Positions 23,541 through 38,600 of a stretch of DNA of 64,000 nt are shown here, one piece after another. The notes below the pieces were generated by a model. It made no database searches and had not been told where the DNA came from. It was given only the letters and a program-made list of their open reading frames with translations. The stretch covers positions 81,840,001-81,904,000 of the forward strand of contig NC_091476.1 of the NCBI RefSeq assembly GCF_036971445.1, written 5' to 3'. Every line of letters starts with the position of its first letter. Within the stretch, counting starts at the first letter, position 1. A program made the translations under genes and the position numbers. Source of the DNA: Narcine bancroftii (taxonomy: Eukaryota).

Positions 23541-23697
23541 CTGTCGAGGTTTTTGAATGTAATAAAATTTCCTGCATTATTGTTCAGTGACTGAGTCTGA
23601 TTTCTTTCCACCAGGGAAACCGATAAATCTCTGATCTTCATCTTCACACTTCCCTCACTCGAAAGGAGTGATAGAGACAGTGGGGTGAAATTTCGCA

Positions 23698-26600
23698 GTG
23701 TGCGAGGGGACGGGGCTTTGCTCTGTGCGAGGGGACGGGGCTTCGCTCTGTGCGAGGGGACGGGGCTTCGCTCTGTGCGATGGGACGGGGCTTTGCTCTG
23801 TGCGATGGGACGGGGCTTCGCTCTGTGCAACGGGTCGGGGCTTCGCTCCGTGTGACGGGACGGGGCTTCGTTCCGTGTGACGGGACGGGGCTTCGCTCCG
23901 TGTGACGGGACGGGGGTTCGCTCCGAGTGACGGGACGGGGCTTCGCTCCGAGTGACGGGACGGGGATTCGCTCCGTGCGAAGGGAGTGGACGAGGCTTTG
24001 CTCTGTGTGACGGGACAGGGCCTCGCTCTTTGTGACGGGACGGGGCTTTACTCTGTGTCCCTGCCCTCGGAGTGTGTGACGGGACGGGTCTTTGCTCTGT
24101 GTGACGGGAAGGAGCTTTGCTCTGTGTGACAGGACGGGGCTTTGTTCTGTGTGACGGGATGGGTCTTCACTCTGTGTGATGGGACGGGGCTTCTCTCTGT
24201 GTGACGGGACGGGGCTTCTCTCTGTGTGACGGGACGGGGCTACTCTCCGTGTGACGGGACGGGGCTTCTCTCCTTGTGACGGGACGGGGCTTCTCTCCTT
24301 GTGACGGGACGGGGCTTCTCTCCTTGTGACGGGACGGGGCTTCTCTCCTTGTGACGGGACGGGGCTTCTCTCCTTGTGACGGGACGGGGCTTCTCTCCTT
24401 GTGACGGGACGGGGCTTCTCTCCTTGTGACGGGACGGGGCTTCTCTCCTTGTGACGGGACGGGGCTTCTCTCCTAGTGACGGGACGGGCCTTCGCTCCTA
24501 GTGACGGGACGGGGCTTCGCTCCGTGCGAAGGGAGTGGGCGGGGCTTTACTCTGTGTCCCTACCCTCGGAGTGTGTGACGGGACGGGGCTTTGCTCTGTG
24601 TGACGGGAAGGAGCTTTGCTCTGTGTGACAGGACGGGGCTTTGTTCTGTGTGACGGGATGGGTCTTCACTCTGTGTGATGGGACGGGGCTTCTCTCTGTG
24701 TGACGGGACGGGGCTTCTCTCTGTGTGACGGGACGGGGCTACTCTCCGTGTGACGGGACGGGGCTTCTCTCCTTGTGACGGGACGGGGCTTCTCTCCTTG
24801 TGACGGGACGGGGCTTCTCTCCTTGTAACGGGACGGGGCTTCTCTCCTTGTGACGGGACGGGGCTTCTCTCCTTGTGACGGGACGGGGCTTCTCTCCTTG
24901 TGACGGGACGGGGCTTCTCTCCTTGTGACGGGACGGGGCTTCTCTCCTAGTGACGGGAAGGGCCTTCGCTCCTAGTGACGGGACGGGGCTTCGCTCCTTG
25001 TGACGGGACGGGGCTTCGCTCCGTGTGACGGGACAGGGTGAGACTTTGTTCTGTGTGACGGGTCAGGGCTTTATTCTGTGTCCCTGCCTCGGGAGAGTGT
25101 GACGGGACGGTGCTTCGCTCTGTGTGACTGGACAGGGCTTCACTCTGTCTCCCCGCCCCTGGAGAGTTAAACGGGATGGGGCGATGCTACGTGTCTCCGC
25201 CCCAGCATTGTGTGGCGGGATTGCGCTTCACTCTCTGTCCCTGCCCTGGGAGTGTGACTGGACGGGGCTTTGTTCCGTGTGACGGCACGGGGCTTCGCTC
25301 TGTCCGACGGGACGGGGCTTCGCTCCGTCTGACGGGACGGGGCTTCGCTCCGTCTGACGGGACGGGGCTTCGCTCCGTGTGACGGGACGGGGCTTCGCTC
25401 CGTGTGAAGGGAGTGGACGAGGCTTTGCTCTGTGTGACGGGACAGGGCCTCGCTCTTTGTTACGGGACGGGGCTTTACTCTGTGTCCCTGCCCTCGGAGT
25501 GTGTGACGGGACGGGGCTTTGCTCTGTGTGACGGGAAGGAGCTTTGCTCTGTGTGACAGGACGGGGCTTTGTTCTGTGTGACGGGATGGGTCTTCACTCT
25601 GTGTGATGGGACGGGGCTTCTCTCTGTGTGACGGGACGGGGCTTCTCTCTGTGTGACGGGACGGGGCTTCTCTCCTTGTGACGGGAAGGGGCTTCTCTCC
25701 TTGTGACGGGACGGGGCTTCTCTCCTTGTGACGGGACGGGGCTTCTCTCCTTGTGACGGGACGGGGCTTCTCTCCTCGTGACGGGGCGGGGCTTCTCTCC
25801 TTGTGACGGGACGGGGCTTCTCTCCTCGTGACGGGACGGGGCTTCTCTCCTTGTGACGGGACGGGGCTTCTATGCTGGTGACGGGACGGGGCTTCTCTCC
25901 GGGGCTTCTCTCCTTGTGACGGGACGATGGCTTCTCTCCTTGTGACGGGACGGGGCATCTCTCCTTGTGACGGGACGTGGCTTCTCTCCTTGTGACGGGA
26001 CGGGGCTTCGCTCCTTGTGATGGGACGGGGCTTCGCTCCTTCTGACGGGACGGGGCTTCGCTCCGCGTGACGGGACAGGGTGAGACTTTGCTCTGTGTGA
26101 CGGGTCAGGGCTTTATTCTGTGTCCCTGCCTCGGGAGAGTGTGACGGGACGGTGCTTCGCTCTGTTTGACTGGACAGGGCTTCACTCTATCTCCCAGCCC
26201 CTGGAGTGTTTGACGGGACGGGGCGACGCTTTGTGTGACGGGACGTGGCGACGCTACGTGTCTCCGCCCCAGCATTGTGTGACGGGATGTCGCTTCACTC
26301 TCTGTCCCTGCCCCGGGAGTGTGACGGGACGGGGCTCCAGTCCGTGTAAAGGGTCGGGGCTTCGCTCCGTGTGACGGGAGTGGACGAGGCTTTGCTCTGT
26401 GTGACGGAACGGGGCTTTACTCTGTGTCCCTGCCCCGGGAGTGTGTGAAGGGTTGGGGCTTTGCCCTGTGTCCCCACCCCAGGTGTATGTGACGGGACGG
26501 GGCTTTGCTCTGTGTGACGAGACAGGGCTTTGCTCTGTGTGACGGAACGGGTCTTCGCTCTGTGTGACGGGATGGGGCTTTCCTCTGTGTGACGGGATGG

Positions 26601-29600
26601 GGCTTTGCTCTGTGTGACGGGATCGGGCTTTGCTCTGTGTGACGGGATGGGGCTTTGCTCTGAGTGACGGGACGGGGCTTTGCTCCATGTGACGGGTCGG
26701 GGCTTCGCAGCGCGTGACGGGACGGTGCTTCGCTCCGTGTGACGGGACGGGGCTTCACTCTGTTTCACCGCCCCTGGAGTTTTTGACGGGACGGGGCGAC
26801 GCGTTGTGTGATGGGACTGGGCGACGCTACGTGCCTCCGCTCCAGCATTGTGCGACGGGATGGTGCTTCACTCTCCGTCCCTGCCCCGGGAGTGTGACGG
26901 GACGGGGCTTCGCTCCGTGTGACGGATCGGGGCTTCGCTCCGTGTGACGGGAGAGGGCGAGGATTTGCTCTGCGCAACGGGACAGGGCATCGCTCTTTGT
27001 GACGGGACGGGGCTTTACTCTGTGTCCCGGCCCCGGGAGTGTGTGAAGGGTTGGGGCTTTGCTCTGTGTCCCCACCCCAGGTTTTGTGTGACGGGATGGG
27101 GCTTTGCTCTGTGTGACGTGACGGGGCTTTGCTCTGCGTGACGGGATGGGTCTTCACTCTGTGTGAAGGGACGGGGGTTCTCTCTGTGTGACGAGACGGG
27201 GCTTCGCTCCTCGTGACGGGACGGGGCTTCGCTCCTCGTGACGGGACGGGGCTTCGCTCCTCGTGACGGGACGGGGCTTCGCTCCGTGTGACGGGACGGG
27301 GCTTCGCTCCGTGTGACGGATCGGGGCTTTGCTCTGTGTCACTGCCCCGGGAATGTGTGAAGGGTTGGGGCTTTGCTCTGTGTCTACACCCCAGGTGTGT
27401 GTGACGGGACTAGGCTTTTCTCTGTGTGAAGGGACGGGCTTTGCTCTGTGTGACGGGACGGGCTTTGCTCTGTGTGACGGGACGGGGCTTTGCTCTGTGT
27501 GACAGGACGGGCTTTGCTCTGTGTGACGAGATGGGTCTTCACTCTGTGTGACGGGAAGGGGCTTCTCTCTGTGTGAAGGGACGGGGCTTCGCTCTATGTG
27601 ACGGGACAGGACTTTGCTCCATGTGACGGGTCGGGGATCGCAGCGTGTGACCGGACGGTGCTTCGCACCGTGTGACGGGACGTGGCTTCGATCCGTATGA
27701 CGGGACGGGGCTTCGCTCTGCGTGACGGGACGGGGCTTCACTCTGTTTCACCCCCCCTGGAGTTTTTGACGGGACGGGGCGACGCTTTGTGTGATGGGAC
27801 GTGGCGACGCTACGTGCCTCCGCCACAGCATTGTGCGACGGGATGGTGCTTCACTCTCTGTCCCTGCCCGGGGAGTGTGACGGGACGGGGCTTCGCTCCG
27901 TGTGACGGATAGGGGCTTCGCTCCGTGTGACGGGAGAGGACGAGGATTTGCTCTGCGTAACGGGACAGGGCCTCGCTCTTTGTGACGGGACGGGGCTTTA
28001 CTCTGTGTCCCGGCGCCGAGAGTGTGTGAAGGGTTCGGGCTTTGCTCTGTGTCCCTACCCCAGATTTGTGTGACGGGATGGGGCTTTGCTCTGTGTGACG
28101 GGACGGGGCTTTGCTCTGTGTGACGGGACGGGGCTTTGCTCTGTGTGACGGGATGGGTCTTCGCTCTGTGTGACGGGACGGGGCTTCTCTCTGTGTGACG
28201 AGACGGGGCTTCGCTCGTCTTGACGGGACGGGGCTTCGCTCCTCGTGATGGGACGGGGCTTCGCTCCTCGTGACGGGACGGGGCTTCGCTCCTCGTGACG
28301 GGACGGGGCTTCGCTCCTAGTGACGGGACGGGGCTTCGCTCCTCGTGACGTGACGGGGCTTCGCTCCTCGTGACGGGACGGGGATTCGCTCCTCTTGACG
28401 GGACGGGGCTTCGCTCCTCGTGACGGGACGGGGCTTCGCTCCTCGTGACGGGACGCGGCTTCGCTCCTCGTGACGGGACGGGGCTTCGCTCCTCGTGACG
28501 GGACGGGGCTTCGCTCCTCGTGACGGGACGCGGCTTCGCTCCTCGTGACGGGACGGGGCTTCGCTCCTCGTGACATGACGGGGCTTCACTCCTTGTGACG
28601 GGACGGGGTTTGGCTCCTTGTCCCTGCCATGGGAGTGTGTGACGGGAAGGGGCATCGCTCTGTGCGACGGTATGGGGCTTCTCTCTGTCTCCCCGCCCCA
28701 GGAGTGTGTGAAGGGTTGTGGCTTTGCTCTGAGTCCCTGCCCCAGGTGTGTGTGACGGGACGGGACGGCGCTTCGCTCCGTGTGACGAGACGGGGCTTCG
28801 CTCCACGTGACGGGACGGGGCTTCTCTCCTCGTGACCGGACGGGGCTTCGCTCCTCGTGACGGGACGGTGCTTCGCTCCTCGTGACGGGACGGGTCTTCG
28901 CTCCTCGTGACGGGACGGATCTTCGCTCCTCGTGACGGGACGGGGCTTTGCTCCTCGTGACGGGACGGGGCTTCGCTCCTCGTGACGGGACGGGGCTTCG
29001 CTCCTCGTGACGGGACGGGGCTTCGCTCCTCGTGACGGGACGGGGCTTCGCTCCTCGTGACGGGACGGGGCTTCGCTCCTTGTGACGGGACGGGGCTTCG
29101 CTCCTTGTCCCTGCCATGGGAGTGTGTGACGGGAAGGGGCTTCGCTCTGTGTGACGGTATGGGGCTTCAGTCTGTCTCCCCGCCCCAGGAGTGTGTGAAG
29201 GGTTGGGGCTTTGCTCTGAGTCCCTGCCCCAGGTGTGAGTGACGGGACGGGACGGTGCTGCGCTCCGTGTGACGGGACGGGGCTGCGCTCCGTGTGACGG
29301 GACGGGGCTGCGCTCCATGTGACGGGACGATGGCTTCTCTCCTTGTGACGGGACGGGGCATCTCTCCTCGTGACGGGACGGGGCTTCTCTCCTCGTGACG
29401 GGACGGGGCATCTCTCCTCGTGACGGGACGGGGCTTCTCTCCTTGTGACGGGACGGGGCTTCGCTTCTTGTGACGGGACGGGGCTTCGCTCCGTGTGACG
29501 GGACAGGGTGAGACTTTGCTCTGTGTGACGGGTGAGGGCTCTATTCTGTGTCCCTGCCTCGGGAGAGTGTGACGGGACGGTGCTTCGCTCTGTGTGACTG

Positions 29601-32600
29601 GACAGGGCTTCACTCTGTCTCCCCGTCCCTGGAGTGTTTGACGGGACGGGGCGACCCTTTGTGTGACGCGACGTGGCGACGCTACTTGTCTCCGCCCCAG
29701 CATTGTGTGACGGGATGGCGCTTCACTCTCTGTCCCTGCCCCGGGAGTGTGACGGGACGGGGCTCCAGTCCATGTAAAGGGTCGGGGCTTCGCTCCGTGT
29801 GACGGGAGTGGACGAGGCTTTGCTCTGTGTGACGGAAAGGGGATTTACTCTGTGTCCCTGCCCCGGGAGTGTGTGAAGGTTTGGGGCTTTGTTCTGTGTG
29901 ACGGAATGGGTCTTCACTCTGTGTGAAGGGACGGGGCTTCTCTCTGTGTGACGAGACGGGGCTTCGCTCCTCGTGACGGGACGGGGCTTCGCTCCTCGTG
30001 ATGGGACCGGGCTTTGCTCCTCGTGACGGGACGTGGCTTCGCTCCCCGTGACGGGACGGGGCTTCGCTCCGTGTGACGGGACGGGGCTTCGCTCCGCGTG
30101 ACGGATCGGGGCTTTGCTCTGTGTCCCTGCCCCGGGAATGTGTGAAGGGTTGGGGCTTTGCTCTGTGTCTACACCCCAGGTATGTGTGACGGGACGGGCC
30201 TTTGCTCTGTCTGACGGGACGGCTTTGCTCTGTGTGACGGGACGGGGCTTTGCTCTGCGTGACGGCACGGGGCTTTGCTCTGTGTGACGGGAAGGGGATT
30301 TGCTCTGTGTGACAGGACGGGGTTTGCTCTGTGTGACGGGATGGGTCTTAACTCTGTGTGACGCGAAGGGGCTTCTCTCTGTGTGAAGGGACGAGGCTTC
30401 GCTCTATGTGACGGGACAGGAGTTTGCTCCATGTGACGGGTCGGGGCTTCTCAGCGTGTGACGGGACGGTGCTTCGCTCCGTGTGACGGGATGTGGCTTC
30501 GATCCGTATGACGGGACGGGGATTCGCTCTGCGTGACGGGACGCGGCTTCACTCTGTTTCACCGCCCCTGGAGTTTTTGGCGGGACTGGGCGACGCTTTG
30601 TGTGATGGGACGGGGCGATGCTACGTGCCACCGCCCCAGCATTGTGCGACGGGATGGTGCTTCACTCTCTTCCCTGCCCCGGGAGTGTGACGGGACGGGG
30701 CTTCGTTCCGTGTGACGTATAGGGGCTTCGCTCCGTGTGACGGGAGAGGACGAGGATTTGCTCTGCGTAACGGGACAGGGCCTCGCTCTTTGTGACGGGA
30801 CCGGGGTTTACTCTGTGTCCCGGCCCCGGGAGTGTGTGAAGGGTTGGAGCTTTGCTCTGTGTACCCCACCCCAGGTTTGTGTGACGGGATGGGGCTTTGC
30901 TCTGTGTGACGGGACGGGGCTTTGCTCTGTGTGACGGGACGGGGCTTTGCTCTGTGTGACGGGATGGGTCTTCACTCTGAGTGACGGGACCGGGCTTCTC
31001 TCTGTGTGACGAGACGGGGCTTCGCTCCACGTGACGGGACGGGACTTCGCACCTCGTGACGGGACGTGGCTTCGCTCCTCATGACGACACGGGGCTTCGC
31101 TCTGTGACGGGACGGGGCTTCGCTCCTCGTGACGGGACGGGGCTTCGCTCCACGTGACGGGACGGGGCTTCGCTCCTCGTGACGGGACGGGGCTTCGCTC
31201 CTCTTGACGGGACGGGGCTTTGCTCCTCGTGACCGTACGGGGCTTCGCTCCTCGTGACTGGACGGGGCTTCGCTCCTCGTGACGGGACGGGGCTTCGCTC
31301 CTCGTGAAGGGACGGGGCTTCGCTCCTCGTGACGGGACGGGGCTTCGCTCCTCGTGACGGGACGGGGCTTCGCTCCTTGTGACGGGACGGGGCTTCGCTC
31401 CTTGTCCCTGCCATGGGAGTGTGTGACGGGAAGGGGCTTCGCTCTGTATGACGGTATGGGGCTTCACTCTGTCTCCCCGCCCCAGGAATGTGTGAAGGGT
31501 TGGGGCTTTGCTCTGAGTCCCTGCCCCAGGTGTGTGTGATGGGACGGGACGGGGCATCGCTGCGTGTGACGGAAGGGGCTTTGTTCCGTGTGACGGGACG
31601 GGGCTTCGCTCCGTGTGACGGGACGGGGCTTCGCTCCGTGTGACGGGACGGGGCTTCGCTCCATGTGACGTGACGGGGCTTCGCTCCGTGTGACGGGACG
31701 GGGCTTCGCTCCGTGTGACGGGACGGGGCTTTCCTCTGTGTGACGGGACGGGGCTTTGCTCCATGTGACACGACGGGGATGCGCTCCGTGTGACGGGACG
31801 GGGCTGCGCTCTGTGTGATGGGACGGGGCTGCGCTCCGTGTGACGGGACGATGTCTTCTCTCGTTGTGACGGGACGGGGAATCTCTCCTCGTGACGGGAC
31901 GGGGCTTCTCTGCTTGTGACGGGACGGGGCTTCGCTCCTTGTGACGGGACGTGGCTTCGCTCCTTGTAACGGGACGGGGCTTCGCTCCTCGTGACGGGAC
32001 GGGGCTTCGCTCCTTGTGACGGGACGTGGCGACGCTACGTGTCTCAGCCCCAGCATTGTATGACGGTATGGGGCTTCACTCTGTCTCCCCGCACCAGAAG
32101 TGTGTGAAGGGTTGGGGCTTTGCTCTGAGTCCCTGCCCCAGGTGTGTGTGATGGGACGGGACGGGGCATCGCTCCGTGTGACGGAAGGGGCTTCGTTCCG
32201 TGTGACGGGACGGGGCTTCGCTCCGTGTGACGGGACGGGGCTTCGCTCCGTGTGACGGGACGGGGCTTCGCTCCTTGTGACGGGACGAGGCTTTCCTCTG
32301 TGTGACGGGACGGGGCTTCGCTCCGTGTGACGGATAGGGGCTTCGCTCCGTGTGACGGGAGAGGACGAGGATTTGCTCTGCGTAACGGGACAGGGCCTCG
32401 CTCTTTGTGACGGGACGGGGCTTTACTCTGTGTCCCGGCCCCGGGAGTGTGTGAAGGGTTGGGGCTTTGCTCTGTGTCCCCACCCCAGGTTTTGTGTGAC
32501 GGGATGGGGCTTTGCTCTGTGTGACGTGACGGGGCTTTGCTCTGCGTGACGGGATGGGTCTTCACTCTGTGTGAAGGGACGGGGGTTCTCTCTGTGTGAC

Positions 32601-35600
32601 GAGACGGGGCTTCGCTCCTCGTGACGGGACGGGGCTTCGCTCCTCGTGACGGGACGGGGCTTCGCTCCTCGTGACGGGACGGGGCTTCGCTCCGTGTGAC
32701 GGGACGGGGCTTCGCTCCGCGTGACGGATCGGGGCTTTGCTCTGTGTCACTGCCCCGGGAATGTGTGAAGGGTTGGGGCTTTGCTCTGTGTCTACACCCC
32801 AGGTGTGTGTGACGGGACTAGGCTTTTCTCTGTGTGAAGGGACGGGCTTTGCTCTGTGTGACGGGACGGGCTTTGCTCTGTGTGACGGGACGGGGCTTTG
32901 CTCTGTGTGACAGGACGGGCTTTGCTCTGTGTGACGAGATGGGTCTTCACTCTGTGTGACGGGAAGGGGCTTCTCTCTGTGTGAAGGGACGGGGCTTCGC
33001 TCTATGTGACGGGACAGGACTTTGCTCCATGTGACGGGTCGGGGATCGCAGCGTGTGACCGGACGGTGCTTCGCACCGTGTGACGGGACGTGGCTTCGAT
33101 CCGTATGACGGGACGGGGCTTCGCTCTGCGTGACGGGACGGGGCTTCACTCTGTTTCACCCCCCCTGGAGTTTTTGACGGGACGGGGCGACGCTTTGTGT
33201 GATGGGACGTGGCGACGCTACGTGCCTCCGCCACAGCATTGTGCGACGGGATGGTGCTTCACTCTCTGTCCCTGCCCGGGGAGTGTGACGGGACGGGGCT
33301 TCGCTCCGTGTGACGGATAGGGGCTTCGCTCCGTGTGACGGGAGAGGACGAGGATTTGCTCTGCGTAACGGGACAGGGCCTCGCTCTTTGTGACGGGACG
33401 GGGCTTTACTCTGTGTCCCGGCGCCGAGAGTGTGTGAAGGGTTCGGGCTTTGCTCTGTGTCCCTACCCCAGATTTGTGTGACGGGATGGGGCTTTGCTCT
33501 GTGTGACGGGACGGGGCTTTGCTCTGTGTGACGGGACGGGGCTCTGCTCTGTGTGACGGGATGGGTCTTCGCTCTGTGTGACGGGACGGGGCTTCTCTCT
33601 GTGTGACGAGACGGGGCTTCGCTCGTCTTGACGGGACGGGGCTTCGCTCCTCGTGATGGGACGGGGCTTCGCTCCTCGTGACGGGACGGGGCTTCGCTCC
33701 TCGTGACGGGACGGGGCTTCGCTCCTAGTGACGGGACGGGGCTTCGCTCCTCGTGACGTGACGGGGCTTCGCTCCTCGTGACGGGACGGGGATTCGCTCC
33801 TCTTGACGGGACGGGGCTTCGCTCCTCGTGACGGGACGGGGCTTCGCTCCTCGTGACGGGACGCGGCTTCGCTCCTCGTGACGGGACGGGGCTTCGCTCC
33901 TCGTGACGGGACGGGGCTTCGCTCCTCGTGACGGGACGCGGCTTCGCTCCTCGTGACGGGACGGGGCTTCGCTCCTCGTGACATGACGGGGCTTCACTCC
34001 TTGTGACGGGACGGGGTTTGGCTCCTTGTCCCTGCCATGGGAGTGTGTGACGGGAAGGGGCATCGCTCTGTGCGACGGTATGGGGCTTCTCTCTGTCTCC
34101 CCGCCCCAGGAGTGTGAAGGGTTGGGGCTTTGCTCTGAGTCCCTGCCCCAGGTGTGTGTGACGGGACGGGACGGCGCTTCGCTCCGTGTGACGAGACGGG
34201 GCTTCGCTCCACGTGACGGGACGGGGCTTCTCTCCTCGTGACCGGACGGGGCTTCGCTCCTCGTGACGGGACGGTGCTTCGCTCCTCGTGACGGGACGGG
34301 TCTTCGCTCCTCGTGACGGGACGGATCTTCGCTCCTCGTGACGGGACGGGGCTTTGCTCCTCGTGACGGGACGGGGCTTCGCTCCTCGTGACGGGACGGG
34401 GCTTCGCTCCTCGTGACGGGACGGGGCTTCGCTCCTCGTGACGGGACGGGGCTTCGCTCCTCGTGACGGGACGGGGCTTCGCTCCTTGTGACGGGACGGG
34501 GCTTCGCTCCTTGTCCCTGCCATGGGAGTGTGTGACGGGAAGGGGCTTCGCTCTGTGTGACGGTATGGGGCTTCAGTCTGTCTCCCCGCCCCAGGAGTGT
34601 GTGAAGGGTTGGGGCTTTGCTCTGAGTCCCTGCCCCAGGTGTGAGTGACGGGACGGGACGGGCCTTCGCTCCGTGTGACGGAAGGGGCTTCGTTCCGCGT
34701 GACGGGACGAGGCTTCGCTCCGTGTGATGGGACGGGGCTTCGCTCCGTGTGACGGGACGGGGGTTCGCTCCGTATTACGGGACGGGGCTTCTCTCCTTGT
34801 GACGGGACGGGGCTTCTCTCCTAGTGACGGGACGGGGCTTCTCTCCTAGTGACGGGACGGGGCTTCGCTCCTTGTGACGGGATGGGGCTTCGCTCCGTGT
34901 GACGGGACAGGGTGAGACTTTGTTCTGTGTGACGGGTCAGTGCTTTATTCTGTGTCCCTACCTCGGGAGAGTGTGACGGGACGGTGCTTCGCTCTGTGTG
35001 ACTGGACAGGGCTTCACTCTGTCTCCCCGCCCCTGGAGAGTTGGACGGGATGGGGCGATGCTACGTGTCTCCGCCCCAGCATTGTGTGGCGGGATTGCGC
35101 TTCACTCTCTGTCCCTGCCCTGGGAGTGTGACTGGACGGGGCTTTGCTCCGTGTGACGGCACGGGGCTTCGTTCTGTCCGACGGGACGGGGCTTCGCTCC
35201 GTCTGACGGGACGGGGCTTCACTCCGTCTGACGGGACGGGGCTTCGCTCCGTGTGACGGGACGGGGCTTCGCTCCGTGTGACGGGACGGGGCTTCGCTCC
35301 GTGTGACGGGACGGGGCTTCGCTCCGTGTGAAGGGAGTGGACGAGGCTTTGCTCTGTGTGACGGGACAGGGCCTCGCTCTTTGTGACGGGACGGGGCTTT
35401 ACACTGTGTCCCTGCCCTCGGAGTGTGTGACGGGACGGGGCTTTGCTCTGTGTGACGGGAAGGAGCTTTGCTCTGTGTGACAGGACGGGGCTTTGTTCTG
35501 TGTGACGGGATGGGTCTTCACTCTGTGTGACGGGACGGGGCTTCTCTCCTTGTGACGGGACGGGGCTTCTTTCCAGTGACGGGACGGGGTTTCTCTCCTT

Positions 35601-38600
35601 GTGACGGGACGGGGCTTCTCTCCTTGTGACGGGACGGGGCTTCTCTCCTTGTGACGGGACGGGGCTTCTCTCCTTGTGACGGGACGGGGCTTCTATGCTG
35701 GTGACGGGACGGGGCTTCTCTCCTTGTGACGGCACGGGGCTTCTCTCCTTGTGACGGGACGATGGCTTCTCTCCTTGTGACGGGACGGGGCATCTCTCCT
35801 TGTGACGGGACGTGGCTTCTCTCCTTGTGACAGGACGGGGCTTCGCTCCTTGTGACGGGACGGGGCTTCGCTCCTTGTGACGGGACGGGGCTTCGCTCCG
35901 TGTGACGGGACAGGGTGAGACTTTGCTCTGTGTGACGGGTCAGGGCTTTATTCTGTGTGCCTGCCTCGGGAGAGTGTGACGGGACGGTGCTTCGCTCTGT
36001 GTGACTGGACAGGGCTTCCCTCTGTCTCCCCGCCCATGGAGTGTTTGACGGGACGGGGCGACGCTACGTGTCTCCGCCCCAGCATTGTGTGACGCGATGG
36101 CGCTTCACTCTCTGTCCCTGCCCCGGGAGTGTGACGGGACGGGGATCCAACCGTGTAAAGGGTCGGGGCTTCGCTCCGTGTGACGGGAGTGGACGAGGCT
36201 TCGCTCCGTGAGACGGGACGGGGCTTCGCTCCGCGTGACGGATCGGGGCTTTGCTCTGTGTCCATGCCCCGGGAATGTGTGAAGGGTTGGGGCTTTGCTC
36301 TGTGTCTACACCCCAGGTATGTGTGACAGGACGGGGTTTGCTCTGCGTGACGGGATGGGTCTTCACTCTGTGTGACGGGAAGGGGCTTCTCTCTGTGTGA
36401 AGGGACGGGGCTTCGCTCTATGTGACGGGACAGGACTTTGCTCCACGTGACGGGTCTGGTCTTCGCAGTGTGTGACGGGACGGTGCTTCGATCCGTGTGA
36501 CGGGACGTGGCTTCGATCCGTATGACAGGACGTGGCTTCGCTCTGCGTGACGGGACGCGGCTTCACTCTGTTTCACCGCCCCTGGAGTTTTTAACGGGAC
36601 GTGGCGACGCTTTGTGTGATGGGACGGGGCGATGCTACGTGCCTTCGCCCCAGCATTGTGCGACGGGATGGTGCTTCACTCTCTGTCCCTGCCCCGGGAG
36701 TGTGACGGGACGGGGCTTCGCTCCGTGTGACGGATAGGGGCTTCGCTCCGTGTGACGGGAGAGGACGAGGATTTGCTCTGCGTAACGGGACAGGGCCACG
36801 CTCTTTGTGACGGGCCCGAGATTTACTCGGTGTCCCGGCCCCGTGAGTGTGTGAAGGGTTGGAGCTTTGCTCTGTGTCCCCACCCCAGGTTTGTGTGACG
36901 GGATGGGGCTTTGCTCTGTATGACGGGACGGGGCTTTGCTCTGTGTGACGGGATGGGGCTTTGCTCTGTGTGACGGGATGGGTCTTCACTCTGTGTGAGG
37001 GGACGGGGCTTCTCTCCGTGTGACGAGACGGGGCTTCGCTCCGTGTGACGGGACGGGGCTTCGCTCCTTGTGACGGGAAGGGGCTTCTCTCCTTGTGACG
37101 GGACGGGGCTTCTCTCCTTGTGACGGGACGGGGCTTCTCTCCTTGTGACGGGACGGGGCTTCTCTCCTCGTGACGGGGCGGGGCTTCTCTCCTTGTGACG
37201 GGACGGGGCTTCTCTCCTCGTGACGGGACGGGGCTTCTCTCCTTGTGACGGGACGGGGCTTCTATGCTGGTGACGGGACGGGGCTTCTCTCCGGGGCTTC
37301 TCTCCTTGTGACGGGACGATGGCTTCTCTCCTCGTGACGGGACGGGGATTCGCTCCTCGTGACGGGACGGGGCTTCGCTCCTTGTGACGGGACGGGGCTT
37401 CGCTCCTTGTCCCTGCCATGGGAGTGTGTGACGGGAAGGGCTTCGCTCTGTATGACGGTATGGGGCTTCACTCTGTCTCCCCGCCCCAGAAGTGTGTGAA
37501 GGGTTGGGGCTTTGCTCTGAGTCCCTGCCCCAGGTGTGTGTGATGGGACGGGACGGGGCATCGCTCCGTGTGACGGAAGGGGCTTTGTTCTGTGTGACGG
37601 GACGGGGCTTCGCTCCGTGTGACGGGACGGGGCTTCGCTCCTCGTGACGGGACGGGGCTTCGCTCCGTGTGACGGGACGGGGCTTCGCTCCGTGTGACGG
37701 GACGGGGCTTCACTCCGTGTGACTGGACGGGGCTTTCCTCTGTGTGACGGGACGGGGCTTTGCTCCACGTGACGGGACGGGGCTGCGCTCCGTGTGACGG
37801 GACAGGGCTGCGCTCTGTGTGACGGGACGGGGCTGCGCTCCATGTGACGGGACGATGTCTTCTCCCGTTGTGACGGGACGGGGAATCTCTCCTCGTGACG
37901 GGACGGGGCTTCTCTCCTCGTGACGGCACGGCGCTTCGTTCCTTGTGACGGGACGGGGTTTCGCTCCTTGTGACGGACGGGGCTTCGCTCCGTCTGACGG
38001 GACAGGGTGAGACTTTGCTCTGTGTGACGGGTCAGGGCTTTATTCTGTGTCCCTGCCTCGGGTGAGTGTGACGGGACGGTGCTTCGCTCTGTGTGACTGG
38101 ACAGGGCTTCACTCTGTCTCCCCGCCCCTGGAGTGTTTGACGGGACGGGGCGACGTTTTTTGTGACGGGACATGGCGACGCTACGTGTCTCAGCCCCAGC
38201 ATTGTGTGACGGGATGGCGATTCACTGTCTGTCCCTGCCCCGGGAGTGTGACGGGACGGGGCTCCAGTCCGTGTAAAGGGTCGGGGCTTCGCTCCGTGTG
38301 ACGGGAGTGGACCATGCTTCGCTCCGTGTGACGGGACGGGGCTTCGCTCCGCTTGATGGATCGGGGCTTTGCTCTGTGTCCCTGCCCCGGGAATGTGTGA
38401 AGGGTTGGGGCTTTGCTCTGTGTCTACACCCCAGGTATGTGTGACGGGACGGGCTTTGCTCTGTGTGACGGGACGGGGCTTCGCTCCGTGTGACGGGACG
38501 GGGCTTCGCTCCGTGTGACGGGATGGGACTTCGCTCCGTGTGACAGGACGGTGCTTCGGTCCGTGTGACAGGACGGTGCTTCGGTCCGTGTCACGGGATG

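Noticed and set aside
23860-23960. CENP-B-box-like CTTCG...CGGGA in the 25-bp monomer
   Set aside because: The spacer is 10 nt rather than the 7 nt of NTTCGNNNNANNCGGGN, and CENP-B is not expected in this presumed lineage.
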